Shown: piece after piece, positions 12,253 through 25,199 of the stretch
How positions within the stretch are numbered: position 1 is the stretch's first letter
Layout of the letters: each line of letters begins with the position of its first letter
Source: Anthoceros angustus
Taxonomy: Eukaryota; Plantae; Anthocerotophyta
Direction of reading: 5' to 3'
NCBI GenBank assembly: GCA_010909165.1
Contig: MU008167.1
Span: 1,612,001-1,676,000, forward strand
DNA: 64,000 nt
Notes under the pieces: generated by a model
What the model saw: the letters and a program-made list of their open reading frames with translations, nothing else
Told to the model about the DNA's origin: nothing
The model's database searches: none
Program-made: the position numbers and the translations under genes

Positions 12253-13756
12253 ATGGCTTCTATGCTTGTTGCGGAAATTTCTGTACCGGATATCATCGCT
12301 ACAATCTTGGATGTGCTTACTGTCGTGAGCAGCTTGGTGAAGGCAGACAGAAGGCACGCCTCCAGCTACCTGGCGCTCAGGACGGCCCTTCTGCAACTGC
12401 GGGATCAGGTTAAGCGTTACAAGGTGAAAATCCAGGCCGCCTGTTGCTTAGCTGGATCCAGTCTGGAGGAAGTGTGTGATGTGTCTGTTTCTTTTTGGCA
12501 GGAGCACTTGCGAGATGGATACAAGAGCAGTGAGCTGCTCGTTCGTGCCAGGATTTCCGTCTCCAAAACGTGTTCTGTGGTTGAGAGACTTGCGGATCAT
12601 CCACCGGATTGGAGTCCCTGGTGTCTCTGTTGGACTGACGATGGAGAACTCGAGGAGCTGCAAAGTCAGTTAGATCAGACGCACAGGCTGGTAGATGATC
12701 TGTCAAGCTATCTCCAGGTGAGCATTTGTCGCTTGTTGCAATCTTGGAAAAATGCGTGATTGTGGTAGGAGGTCTCTCAAGAGCTGCTGCTCGTGCTGCC
12801 AGTCGTTTCGTGAGGATGAGGATATGGAAGTAATAATGGAAGAGGTGGAAGACGAGTTGGATGAGACAAAGAAGCTTATAGACGGCCTATCCAAGACTCG
12901 CAAGGTAAAAACCTCCTGTCGGAAGGATTTTGCAAGCTTGCTGCTTTTTAAACTGTGCCACAATTTGTTGAAGCCTCCTTGCGTGATCCAGCAACCTCCT
13001 GTTGTCCGCAAGCATGGAAGAGCAATGGAGGATCCAACTGTTCGCTCAGTCTTTGAGCACGGGGTGACCAGTCTGGCCATGGTGATTCCCATGCATCTGG
13101 ACTTGAAGCCCAAAGGCAACTACGTGATCGCAATACCAGTGACGGACAACTCAAGCCAGAAGCTAGTGTATACTCTGAAGATCTGTATTGACCACGATAC
13201 CTGGTCCAGCAGGACTGGAAAAATCTGGGCAAGTCTGAACCGAGAGCGAACACGGAAGCAGGACAAGAAGGAATGGCACATTCGTCGTCCAGAGGGCCTG
13301 GACGAAGTCTCTGCCGAGCGGAATGCCCTCATATCTTCCTCTGATGGATTGCAAGCAGAGGTGCGAAGTTTGATGCCACATGGTGTTTCTGGAGTTGTTG
13401 GAGCAGGTACCTTACTGCAGCGGAGTAGCAATCAGACCTATTACAGACATATGCGTTACTATAGCAGTGCGAAGAGCTATCATGTAGAGCTCTTGCTCAA
13501 GGGCATCATTGTCATTGTGGGGCTCCAAGAGGAGACAGTTCACCGGTTGCGGGTTCTGGGAAGAAAGGAGAGTCTGATGACCTACTACCAATGCACCGTC
13601 GACAAGACGGGCGAGGTGTTGGCCATCTATAGGAATAGGAATGAATCTGGCACAGCCACTGGCCAGCTCTTATTCCTGGGGGTTGGAAGGAAGCCAGAGG
13701 TGCGTGACCTCATTCTTTCTACATTTGTAGCAATGGGGCTTGGAAGTGCTCTATGA
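12253..13756 (+). CDS. Orphan protein: predicted N-terminal helical bundle plus beta-rich C-terminal domain; join of the two ORFs uncertain
   Basis: Two overlapping long ORFs (12178-12759, 12752-13756) with plausible short in-frame introns (~12424-12501, ~12905-12992). Confidence 0.55.
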
Positions 13757-14198
13757 CATGGCTTCTCCCTATTGTAGATGTATAGTAGTAGATCTTGTAC
13801 TCCTTCCCGACGCGCAACACGCGAACTCCCTCATTCTGGAGTTCCCAGTATGACAATGCCAGCTGAGCCAAAGCTCCACATGTTAGCTGTGTCTGTCGTA
13901 GCCATATGATTGTGGTCTACCATCCTTGTAAGTTTCCTTGCGAAATCTATTTTACAGAAGCTCGGCCATTTCCGGGCGCAAGTCCCCAGAAGAATCTCCA
14001 AGTAAGTCAACAAGGAAGCTCCTGTTGTCGGACGAACATGGCTTTTGTAAGCAGACCCAGGAAAACGCCGGTAACGTGATTTCGTAGGGACTTGGAACAG
14101 TGCAGCTTACAACGTGAAGCGGAGTGCACGACGTTTTTCCTTTACAGCATCATGGCTACCCAACTTCCCAAGCTCGCAAGCGAGGTCTGCTGCTCGTG

Positions 14199-17100
14199 AT
14201 GGCTCTCTGGGCGCTTTCACTGGAGTCGGAACGGGATCCGTTATGGGGACGGTATTCATGGACCCAACAATGTGGGGGGGTTACAGGTGTTCGAGGAAGA
14301 TCTCCAGCACGGGTGAGTTCAGGTAGCCAGCCGCGGGCGCCGAACGAAGTCGGGAAGTGCAGCACCTCTGCAAGGAGGAGAGCTTGGCCAAGAGGACGTT
14401 TGGCTGGGGACAAATCATCCAGCGAAGGTCGTAGCCAGGAGAACTTGTGGCGACAATTTTTCCTTGACCCCACACTTTGGTGGGATAACAGAAGAAATAA
14501 GAACAGGAGCCTCCGTTCACCTGATTTCCGGCACAGAAAGTCGCAGGAGGCCCTCTGGTTGAAGAATTTCTATAAGCCAGATTGGGTGGATGGGCACCTT
14601 GCTGCTTTGGATATGAGGATGGGTCGTTCTGCCTCCGGCAAAAAGCTGTCGGATGGTGACGATAAGGGTGTAACTGCCGAAACAGTGAGGAGGCTATGTG
14701 ACGAGGATCGTCTAACTGAGGCTGTTGATGCGTTGGAAGTTTTGGTACTGACGGACTGTAGCATTTCTAAATCTCTGCTTAACTCTGTTTTGAAGAAATG
14801 TATTGTCAGGAAGGATCTTGTTTTGGGTAGACGCGTCCATGCTTGCACGGTGAAGAAGGGGTACCAGAAAGATACGTTCCTGTGCAACCACATTTTGCGA
14901 ATGTATTCCTCTCATGGCAGGTTGCAAGACGCGATGGATGTGTTTGAGGCCGTTGCTGAACCGGATGCGTTCACGTGGTCTGCAATACTTTCTGCCCATG
15001 TGAAACATGGGCAAGACAAGCAGGCCATAGAACTGTACCATCGGATGCGGACGTCCAGTGTGAAGCCAGATGGGCATGTATTTGTGGCAGCCCTTCAGGC
15101 TTGTGCAAGGGGATCCGACTTGAAGTCTGGGCAGCAGGTGCATGTCGATGTGTTGGCTAGCGGAGTTGAGCCTGACCTATTTGTGTGTAACTGCTTGGTG
15201 AGCATGTATGCAAAGTGTGGCAGCTTGGAAGACGCTCAAGGAGTGTTTGATGGGCTTGGTCGAAAAGATGTGATGACGTGGAATGCCATGATAGCAGGTT
15301 ATTCCCAGCAGGGTATGGGGCAGGAAGCCCTTCGTCTGTATAGTGCTATGCAAGAAGAAGACATGTTTGCACCCGACTCTGTGACGTTTGTGTGCCTCCT
15401 GAAGGCTTGCGCAAGTGTGGGCACCCCCGCTTTGGAGCAGGGGAAGCGTCTTCATGCGCAAATTAAAGCACAGGGACATCAGGCTGATGTGAATGTTGCC
15501 AACAGTTTGGTAAACATGTATGCAAAGTGTGGCAGCTTGGAAGCTGCACAGGGCGTGTTTAACGAACTGGGTCAAAAAGATTTGGTGACCTGGAATGCCA
15601 TGATTGCAGGATATGCAAAGCAGGGTTTGGGGCAGGAAGCTCTCCGTCTGTACACTGCTATGCAAGAAGGCGGCTTGGCTGTGCCCAATTCTGTGACATT
15701 TGTGTGCCTTCTCCAGGCATGTGCAAGTGTGGGCGCCCTGGCATTAAATACGGGGAAGCAGCTTCATACACAGATTATAGAACAAGGTTATCAGGCTGAT
15801 TTGGTGGTAGCCAGCAGTTTGGTCAACATGTATGGAAAGTGTGGCAGCTTGCAGGACGCTCTGAGGGTCTTCGACGGACTTGGTCGAAAGAATGTGGTGA
15901 CGTGGACTGCCATGATAGCAGGATATTCCCAGCAGGGCATGGGGCTAGAGGCCCTTCGTCTTTACAGTGCTATGCAAGAAGAGGGCATTGCTGTGCCCGA
16001 TTCCATAACATTTGTGTGCCTCCTGAAGGCATGTGCAAGTGTGGGGAGCCTGGCGCTGGAGGAGGGGAAGCATCTTCATGTGCAAATCAGAGAACAAGGA
16101 CACCAGGCGGATGTAGCTGTAGCCAACAGTTTGGTGAACATGTATGCAAAGTGCGGCAGCTTGAAAGATGCTAGAAGCGTGTTTGATGGAGTTGGTGAAA
16201 AGGATGTGGTGACATGGACTGCCATGATAGCAGCATATTCTCAGGAGGGCATGGGAAATGAAGCCCTGCAACTTTACAGTGCTATGCAAGGTGGAGGCAT
16301 GGCTGTACCTGACTCTGTGACATTTGTGTACCTCCTGCAGGCATGTGCAAGTGTGGGCAACCTGGCGCTGGCTAAGGGGAAGTACCTTCATGTTAAAATC
16401 AAAGAAGGAGGCCATCAAGCTGATGTGCTTGTAGCAAACAGTTTAGTGAACATGTATGCAAAGTGTGGCAGCTTGAAGGACGCTCAGAGAGTTTTGATGG
16501 ACTTGTTCAAAAGGATGTGATGACGTGGAATGCCCTGATAACAGGGTACTCTCAGCATGGTATGGGACAGGAAGCCCTTGGTCTTCATACTGTCATGCAA
16601 CAAGAAGGCTTGACTGTAGCCAATTCCGTGACATTTGTCTCTCTATTGCAGGCTTGTGCAAATTTGGGGCACCATGGGGTTGGAGAAGGGAAGCAGCTTC
16701 ATGTGCAAATCAGAGAAGAAGGACATCAAGCTGATATGTTTGTGGCCAACAGTTTGGTAAACATGTATGCAAAGTGTGGCAGCTTGGGAGACGCTCAGCG
16801 ATTGTTTGATGAACTCGGGCAAAAGGATGTGGTGACGTGGAATGCCATGATAGCGGGGTATTCCCAGCATGGTATGGGGCAGGAAGCGCTTTTACTGTAC
16901 GATACCATGCAAGCAGACGACCTGGCTTTACCCAACTGCGTGACATTTGTGAGCCTCCTGCAGGCCTGTGCAAGTGTGGGCAGTCCAGCATTGGAGAAGG
17001 GAAGCAGCTTCATATGCAAATCCGAGGCGAGGATATCAAGCTGATGTGTTTGTAGCCAACAGTTTGGTGAACATGTATGCAAAGTGTGGCAGCTTAGAAC

Positions 17101-20100
17101 ATGCTCAGATTGTCTTTGACAGACTCCGTGAAAAGGATTTGGTGACCTGAATACCATGATAGCTGGGTATTCCCAGCAGGGCATGTGGGGAGGAAGCCCT
17201 TCGTGTCTACAGTGCCATGCAAGAAGGGGATATGGCTGCACCGATTCTGTGACGTTTGTGTGCCTCCTGCAGGCATGTGCAAGTGTGGGCGCCCTGGCAT
17301 TAAATACGGGAAGCAGCTTCATACACAGATTATAGAACAAGGTTATCAGGCTGATTTGGTGGTAGCCAGCAGTTTGGTCAACATGTATGGAAAGTGTGGC
17401 AGCTTGCAGGACGCTCTGAGGGTCTTGACGGACTTGGTCGAAAGAATGTGGTGACGTGGACTGCCATGATAGCAGGATATTCCCAGCAGGGCATGGGGCT
17501 AGAGGCCCTTCGTCTTTACAGTGCTATGCAAGAAGAGGGCATTGCTGTGCCCGATTCCATAACATTTGTGTGCCTCCTGAAGGCATGTGCAAGTGTGGGG
17601 AGCCTGGCGCTGGAGGAGGGGAAGCATCTTCATGTGCAAATCAGAGAACAAGGACACCAGGCGGATGTAGCTGTAGCCAACAGTTTGGTGAACATGTATG
17701 CAAAGTGCGGCAGCTTGAAAGATGCTAGAAGCGTGTTTGATGGAGTTGGTGAAAAGGATGTGGTGACATGGACTGCCATGATAGCAGCATATTCTCAGGA
17801 GGGCATGGGAAATGAAGCCCTGCAACTTTACAGTGCTATGCAAGGTGGAGGCATGGCTGTACCTGACTCTGTGACATTTGTGTACCTCCTGCAGGCATGT
17901 GCAAGTGTGGGCAACCTGGCGCTGGCTAAGGGGAAGTACCTTCATGTTAAAATCAAAGAAGGAGGCCATCAAGCTGATGTGCTTGTAGCAAACAGTTTAG
18001 TGAACATGTATGCAAAGTGTGGCAGCTTGAAGGACGCTCAGAGAGTTTTTGATGGACTTGTTCAAAAGGATGTGATGACGTGGAATGCCCTGATAACAGG
18101 GTACTCTCAGCATGGTATGGGACAGGAAGCCCTTGGTCTTCATACTGTCATGCAACAAGAAGGCTTGACTGTAGCCAATTCCGTGACATTTGTCTCTCTA
18201 TTGCAGGCTTGTGCAAATTTGGGCACCATGGGGTTGGAGAAGGGCAAGCAGCTTCATGTGCAAATCAGAGAAGAAGGACATCAAGCTGATATGTTTGTGG
18301 CCAACAGTTTGGTAAACATGTATGCAAAGTGTGGCAGCTTGGGAGACGCTCAGCGATTGTTTGATGAACTCGGGCAAAAGGATGTGGTGACGTGGAATGC
18401 CATGATAGCGGGGTATTCCCAGCATGGTATGGGGCAGGAAGCGCTTTTACTGTACGATACCATGCAAGCAGACGACCTGGCTTTACCCAACTGCGTGACA
18501 TTTGTGAGCCTCCTGCAGGCCTGTGCAAGTGTGGGCAGTCCAGCATTGGAGAAGGGGAAGCAGCTTCATATGCAAATCCGAGAGCGAGGATATCAAGCTG
18601 ATGTGTTTGTAGCCAACAGTTTGGTGAACATGTATGCAAAGTGTGGCAGCTTAGAACATGCTCAGATTGTCTTTGACAGACTCCGTGAAAAGGATTTGGT
18701 GACCTGGAATACCATGATAGCTGGGTATTCCCAGCAGGGCATGTGGGAGGAAGCCCTTCGTGTCTACAGTGCCATGCAAGAAGGGGATATGGCTGCACCC
18801 GATTCTGTGACGTTTGTGTGCCTCCTGCAGGCATGTGCATGTGTGGGCCCACAGGCATTAGACAAGGGGAAGCATCTTCATGCGCTAATTAATGAACAAG
18901 GCCATCAAGCTGATATGTTTGTAGCCAACACTTTGGTGCACATGTATGCAAAGTGTGGCAGTTTGCATGATGCTGAAAAAGTGTTTGATGGACTTGATAA
19001 AAGGGATGTGGTGACGTGGAATGTCATGATTGGAGGGTATTCCCAGCAAGGCCTGGGGCAGGAAGCCCTTTGTCTTTACAGAACTATGCAAGAAGAAGGC
19101 ACGATTGCAGCCGATTCAGTGACATATGTGTGCCTTCTGCAGGCATGTGCAAATGTGGGCACCCCGGCCTTGGAGGACGGGAAGCATCTTCATATGCGAA
19201 TCAAAGAACAAGGACATCAAGCTGATGTGGTTATAGCCAATGGCTTGGTGAACATGTATGCAAAGTGTGGCAGCTTGGCAGATGCTCAGAGAGTGTTTGA
19301 CGGGCTTGGTCAAAAGGATGTGTTGACGTGGAATGCCATGATATCAGGATACACCCAGCAGGGTATGGGGCAGGAAGCCCTCCGTCTTCTCACTGCTATG
19401 CAAGAAACCATGGCTCCAACCGATTCTGCAACATATGCGTTCCTCCTGCAGGCATGTGCAAGTATAGGCAGCTCGGCATTGGATAAGGGGAAGCAGCTTC
19501 ATGCTCAAATCAAAGAGCAAGGACATGAAGCTGATTTATTCGTCGCCAGCAGTCTGATGAACATGTATGCAAAGTGTGGGAGAGTGGAAGATGCTCGGAC
19601 GGTGTTTGATAGCCTTGGTGAAAAAGATGTGGTGACTTGGACTGCCATCATAAGCGGCTATTCCCAGCAGGGCATGGGGCAGGAAGCCCTCTCACTTTAC
19701 AGCGCTATGCAAGAAGGAATAGCTATACCCGATTCTGTGACATTTGTTTGCCTCCTGCAGGCATGTGCAAATGTGGGCAACCTGGCACTGGAGATGGGGA
19801 AGCATCTTCATGAGGAAATCCGAGACCGAGGACATCAAGCTGATAGGTTTGTAGCCAACAGTTTGGTTAACATGTATGCAAAGTGTGGCAGCTTGGAAGA
19901 TGCTCAAAGAGTATTTGACCACATTGGGGAAAAGATGTAGTGACCTGGAATGCCATTATAGCTGGGTATTCCCAGCAAGGCATGGGCCAAGAAGCCCTTC
20001 ATCTCTACAGTGCTATGCAAGAAGAACGCATGGTCGTAGCAGATTCCATGACATTTGTGTTCCTCCTGCAGGCATGTGCAAGTGTGGGCACCCTGGCCTT

Positions 20101-22178
20101 GGAGGACGGGAAGCATCTTCATATGCGAATCAAAGAACAAGGACATCAAGCTGATGTGGTTATAGCCAATGGCTTGGTGAACATGTATGCAAAGTGTGGC
20201 AGCTTGGCAGATGCTCAGAGAGTGTTTGACGGGCTTGGTCAAAAGGATGTGTTGACGTGGAATGCCATGATATCAGGATACACCCAGCAGGGTATGGGGC
20301 AGGAAGCCCTCCGTCTTCTCACTGCTATGCAAGAAACCATGGCTCCAACCGATTCTGCAACATATGCGTTCCTCCTGCAGGCATGTGCAAGTATAGGCAG
20401 CTCGGCATTGGATAAGGGGAAGCAGCTTCATGCTCAAATCAAAGAGCAAGGACATGAAGCTGATTTATTCGTCGCCAGCAGTCTGATGAACATGTATGCA
20501 AAGTGTGGGAGAGTGGAAGATGCTCGGACGGTGTTTGATAGCCTTGGTGAAAAAGATGTGGTGACTTGGACTGCCATCATAAGCGGCTATTCCCAGCAGG
20601 GCATGGGGCAGGAAGCCCTCTCACTTTACAGCGCTATGCAAGAAGAAGGAATAGCTATACCCGATTCTGTGACATTTGTTTGCCTCCTGCAGGCATGTGC
20701 AAATGTGGGCAACCCGGCACTGGAGATGGGGAAGCATCTTCATGAGGAAATCCGAGACCGAGGACATCAAGCTGATAGGTTTGTAGCCAACAGTTTGGTT
20801 AACATGTATGCAAAGTGTGGCAGCTTGGAAGATGCTCAAAGAGTATTTGACCACATTGGGGAAAAAGATGTAGTGACCTGGAATGCCATTATAGCTGGGT
20901 ATTCCCAGCAAGGCATGGGCCAAGAAGCCCTTCATCTCTACAGTGCTATGCAAGAAGAACGCATGGTCGTAGCAGATTCCATGACATTTGTGTTCCTCCT
21001 GCAGGCATGTGCAAGTGTGGGCACCCTGGCATTGGAGAAAGGGATGCAGCTGCATGCAGTAATTAGAGAACAAGGACATCAAGCTGACGTGTTGGTAGCC
21101 AACAGTTTGGTGAATATGTATGCTAAGTGTGGCAGCTTGGAAAATGCTCAGAGAGTGTTTGATGGACTTGGCCGAAAAGATGTGGTGACATGGAATGCCA
21201 TGATAGCAGCATATTCCCAGCGGGGTATGGGGCAGGAAGCTCTTCGTCTCTACAGTGCTATGCAACACGAAGACTTGGCTGTACCAGATGTCGTGACCTT
21301 TGTATGCCTCCTACAAGCTTGTGCAAATGTGGCAGCTTTGTATGTGGGAAGGCAGCTACATGCACAGGCTGTCCAGCAAGGGCTTCGAGCTGATTTATTT
21401 GTAGCCGGCAGTTTGATTAACATGTATGGAAAGTCTGGGAGCATGGTTGATGCCCAGCATGTATTTGATGCGTTGACCGAAAGGGACGCTGTCGTCTGGA
21501 ATGCATTAATAGGAGGTTATACCTCTCATGGCGACACTGAGGTGGTCTTTGACTTGGTCCAGAAAATGCGAGTGGATGGCATACGGCCAGACGGCGTCAC
21601 TTTTCTCAGCGTACTAACAGTGTGCAGTCATTCAGGTTTAGTGAACAAAGGGTGGGAGTACTTTGAGGCGATGAGCAGAGACTTCGGCATCTCTCCCATG
21701 GACAAGCACTACACGTGCATGGTGGATCTCCTGGGTCGTGCAGGACAACTGGATGAAGCATTAGGTTTAGTAAGGACAATGCCTGTACTCCCTAATGCTG
21801 ATGTGTGGCACACTCTGTTGGGTTCTTGTCAAAAATGGAGCAATGTGAATGTGGGATGCGATGCTTTCCGTGAAGCAGTCAAGCTAGACAAGAAAGATGC
21901 CGCAGCATATGTCTTGATGTCCAACATATACACCGGTGCCCAAATCTGGGATCGGGCACAGAAAACACAGGTGAGGAGAAAACGAATCAGGGCATGGAAG
22001 CAGCCAGGTCAGAGCTGGTGGACGGACCAACACGGTCTGGTGCATAGCTTTTTTGTTGGGGACGAGAAGCATCCCGAGAGTCCAGCAAGGCGTGTATGCC
22101 AAAATGACTGAAGAAGGATCTGTCCTACACTCGCCACCCATGGGATATCTCACACATCCGGATCAACATGATCTTTAG
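14199..22178 (+). CDS. Very long intronless PLS-class PPR protein (RNA-editing factor type) with N-terminal OSB-type PDF motif, E1/E2 domains and WW-type PG box, DYW truncated; several frameshifts in this sequence
   Basis: Roughly 20+ P-L-S triplets of ~104 aa (DVVTWNAMI.../DSVTFVCLLQACA.../DVFVANSLVNMYAKCGS), HYTCMVDLLGRAG, AYVLMSNIY, WKQPGQSWWTD; no HxE/CxxC deaminase core seen; start codon uncertain. Confidence 0.9.
15715..18838 (+). repeat. Near-identical tandem duplication (~1.56 kb unit, 5 PLS triplets) inside PPR gene
   Basis: Sequence at 15839 recurs at 17394; the same shadow ORF occurs at 15945 and 17499. Confidence 0.9.
19166..21029 (+). repeat. Near-identical tandem duplication (~0.93 kb unit, 3 PLS triplets) inside PPR gene
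   Basis: Identical 60-aa shadow ORF at 19344 and 20273 (offset 929). Confidence 0.9.
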
Positions 22179-22483
22179 TTCCCTATACCCTGTGCCTTTT
22201 AAGATGAAAATCCACGCATGCGTCTCCGGCTGCAGCTTACACTTGATCCATTGGATTGTAATTCTAAGCCTGCAAGGTGTTTCGATGTGGCAGGGGATGG
22301 GGCAAGCCGCAGGTGACCTTAGACGTGAGGCCACACTCGGACGTTTAGCATTTCGGTCGGTGGAAACGAATTTTGAGGGTAAGCATTGTGATGGGTTTTT
22401 CTAGTTTTGCTGAGCAGACGGTCTCGTATAATTCTATTTACCTTGGTAAGAACTAGGATGGGTTCTTCTAATCTTGCTGAATT

Positions 22484-22800
22484 GAAGCCTACTCAGACAG
22501 CTTGATCGGAGGTGGTCTCGACGTAGGCTTCATCGCCAGCATACTATTGCTCGCCAAAGACCTTTCTGCTTCTCGTGGGCTAGGTTATATTTCGATAGGT
22601 GAGTGACGTTGTTGGACAAGTGGCAGATGGTCATGTATGCCATCCTGTTGTGTCACTGGAGTCACGTTCTCACTGTAATGCAAATCACGTAGTGTGGCTC
22701 CATGCACGTTCATGCAATCAGACAACAAATGCCCCAAGCATTACACCACAGAGTGTGTAACAACGTAGGCACAACGTAGGCATGTTGGAATGACGCAGGC
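22484..22800. repeat. Dispersed ~300 bp repeat, copy 1
   Basis: GAAGCCT-CTCAGACAGCTTGATCGGAGGTGG-CTCGACGTAGGC...TTCATGCAATCAGA shared with 27200-27515. Confidence 0.8.
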
Positions 22801-23104
22801 CCCCGATCGGGATGTCGGGCTTTTTATGCTAGACTTTCCGTACCAATCGACACTCTTGAGGTCTGCAGTTGCTGTACTTCAGGTCCGAGGTGAAGTTCTA
22901 CAAGAGGTGGTTGTTGAAGTCCAATCATTAGGGAGCATATTAATTTTTTAATTTTTATGTTTTTAATATAAAATACTTAATAAATCTTTAATAAAATGGA
23001 ATAATTCATCTATAATAAGAACAAAGATTATTGATAAGCAATGCCAACTTGTAGTTTTTCAAAGAATGGATTGATGTATTAATATTTTTAAGACTTACAT
23101 TATC

Positions 23105-23641
23105 TTATGTTGTTCCATCACTTCCACCCATTGGATTTAAATTAATTGGAGGTCCTGGGACATAAGGACAACTGTCTAACATTTCACGAGTTGAATAACG
23201 TAAATAGCAATCTTCCGTAAGAATTGATCCCTCATCTGTAGTACCTTCGCAAAATGTATCCAATAGTCTTTGTCTAGAAACGTGCAAACACGTTAAACAA
23301 TTCATGTATGATATCATGGTAACTTGATTTTTATAGCATGTAGCAACTCCCCATAATGTTGGTCCAAATGGTAATAGAGGAGTTCGAAATGTCGAGTAAA
23401 AGGGAAGCGCTTTAGGTATTGTCCACATTCCATCTCGAAGCTTGCTTAAGTTAAAAATGAGTGTCCTTACAGCACTTTGTATAAAATACTTCTTCACACC
23501 ATCAGAGACAATATTTCCACATTTCAACTCAATGATAGTTTGAGTTTCTACTTCAATTAAGTGAATAAAAAACCAGACATATAAGCTCATCACTAGTATT
23601 GTCTTGTATGTAGATCTATGAGAGAAAATCATACAATACAT
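23105..23641 (-). CDS. Secreted single-domain Gnk2/DUF26-like cysteine-rich protein, copy 1
   Basis: Signal-peptide-like N-terminus; WGVATC-X12-CxxC...C...DCYLRYS...LDSCP; intronless. Confidence 0.85.
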   Translation of the reverse strand: MYCMIFSHRSTYKTILVMSLYVWFFIHLIEVETQTIIELKCGNIVSDGVKKYFIQSAVRTLIFNLSKLRDGMWTIPKALPFYSTFRTPLLPFGPTLWGVATCYKNQVTMISYMNCLTCLHVSRQRLLDTFCEGTTDEGSILTEDCYLRYSTREMLDSCPYVPGPPINLNPMGGSDGTT

Positions 23642-24898
23642 TTTATTAGCATACTAGTATCATCTATTATGTTTTGTTTCAATACATAATCATCTACATC
23701 TACACTATATCATCAATTTATAATAATAAAATATAATTGTATATATCAGCTCATGAAAAAAAAAATAAAGAGTTCCTCATGTAAAAAATAGTTGAGCCGG
23801 GTTGATACAAGAAAATTGACACAAATATGCAGACCACAAAGTTATTGTTCAGAAAAACAAGAAAGAATGATTAATCCTCGTCAGATTTTAGTTTTTAAGT
23901 ACTAAACGACATGCTCTTGGGAACCATGATCATCACAATAACAAGAGCCAACTTATCTATTATTGAGCACAAGCCTTTTTTCGTGAAGTTGTGCCTTTAC
24001 ATATCACCCATAAAATTTACAACGCAATTCAAAACTTTATGAGAGACAAGACTTTTAATTTATTTCATTCCAAATCCTAGAAGTATTGTTTTTATATACT
24101 CCAAGTAAATATGCTTTGGATGTGCGAATAATATGTGTGCAGTTTTTTAGATGAAAATTATGCGGATGTGTAATTAAAAATTTGATTAATTTTAAACTAT
24201 TCTAGATCATGAGAAATATTATATTCTTCAGCATATATGCATTATTTACTAGAAGATAAAGACATGATAAACAAAACGGAAGGAATGAAAACTTTATCTT
24301 ATGAAAAAGGATGGTATAAACCTATCACATATAAGACAGCATGGGGAAAGTTGTACGTACGGTTACTATAGGGACTCATATTCATGTGTGGACTATAGAT
24401 ACATTAAAGGAGGGAGGCTGTTTGAAGAAAAACTATATTATTTGAAAATATAAATAAAAAGTAGATGAAATAATTATAAAAATGAAATAATTAATAGATC
24501 ATTATAGAAATATTAATAAGTATGATAATGTCAAGACTTGTTGTGTAAAAATATTGTGCACATAAGCCATTTTGTGCATTGATATGTATGGTATGTGTGT
24601 AATAAGCCTTAAACTCCCAATAGTGACTTTGTCGAGAGGGAGGTTGCCCTTTAGAATTCGTTTACCCATGACCCATAATAGGAGGCCCCCTACTGTCACG
24701 AACATAGCAAAGAAAAGAACAGCGAAGCAAACATTCCTTTTTCTCTCCCGCCGCGTCCTCTTCCTCCGCCTACAGCCTGAAGCAATGAACCTCCCCTTGC
24801 CTAAAGCCTGAAAGCAATTAACCTCTCCTTGCTCACAGCAATGAACTTCCCTTGTGCCTCACAAATCATTGGAGTTTGTTTACTCATGGCCCGTAGTC

Positions 24899-25030
24899 GG
24901 AGGCTGTCTGAGGAAAAAAAACACTAAGCTTTTGCTCTATTCAGGAGGCTGTATGAGAAAAAAAAACACTAAGCTTTTATTGTGTTCAGGAGGTTGTCTA
25001 AGAAAAAAAAACACTAAGCTTGTGCTCTTG
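24899..25030. repeat. Tandem repeat, 3 x ~45 bp
   Basis: GGAGGCTGT-TGAG-AAAAAAAACACTAAGCTT repeated three times. Confidence 0.8.
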
Positions 25031-25199
25031 AACAGAGCACGGACGAGAGCAGTCTTCTGGTCTAGTGACGTTCTCCATGAATTCTCATGGAGATCAAAAT
25101 CCGATTTGGAAAAACATTACACTCTATGTACAACATGCGACATGTCAGTTACTTTACAATGAGAGCTGCACAATGATTTTTGAAAATAATGGAGAAATG

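Noticed and set aside
16490-19940. Programmed frameshifting or true pseudogenisation of the PPR gene
   Set aside because: The indels are mostly homopolymer-length differences confined to duplicated blocks, more consistent with consensus errors; reads are needed to settle it
14712-21444. Many repeated 60-215 aa ORFs on alternative frames and strands in the PPR region
   Set aside because: Shadows of the repetitive PPR coding sequence
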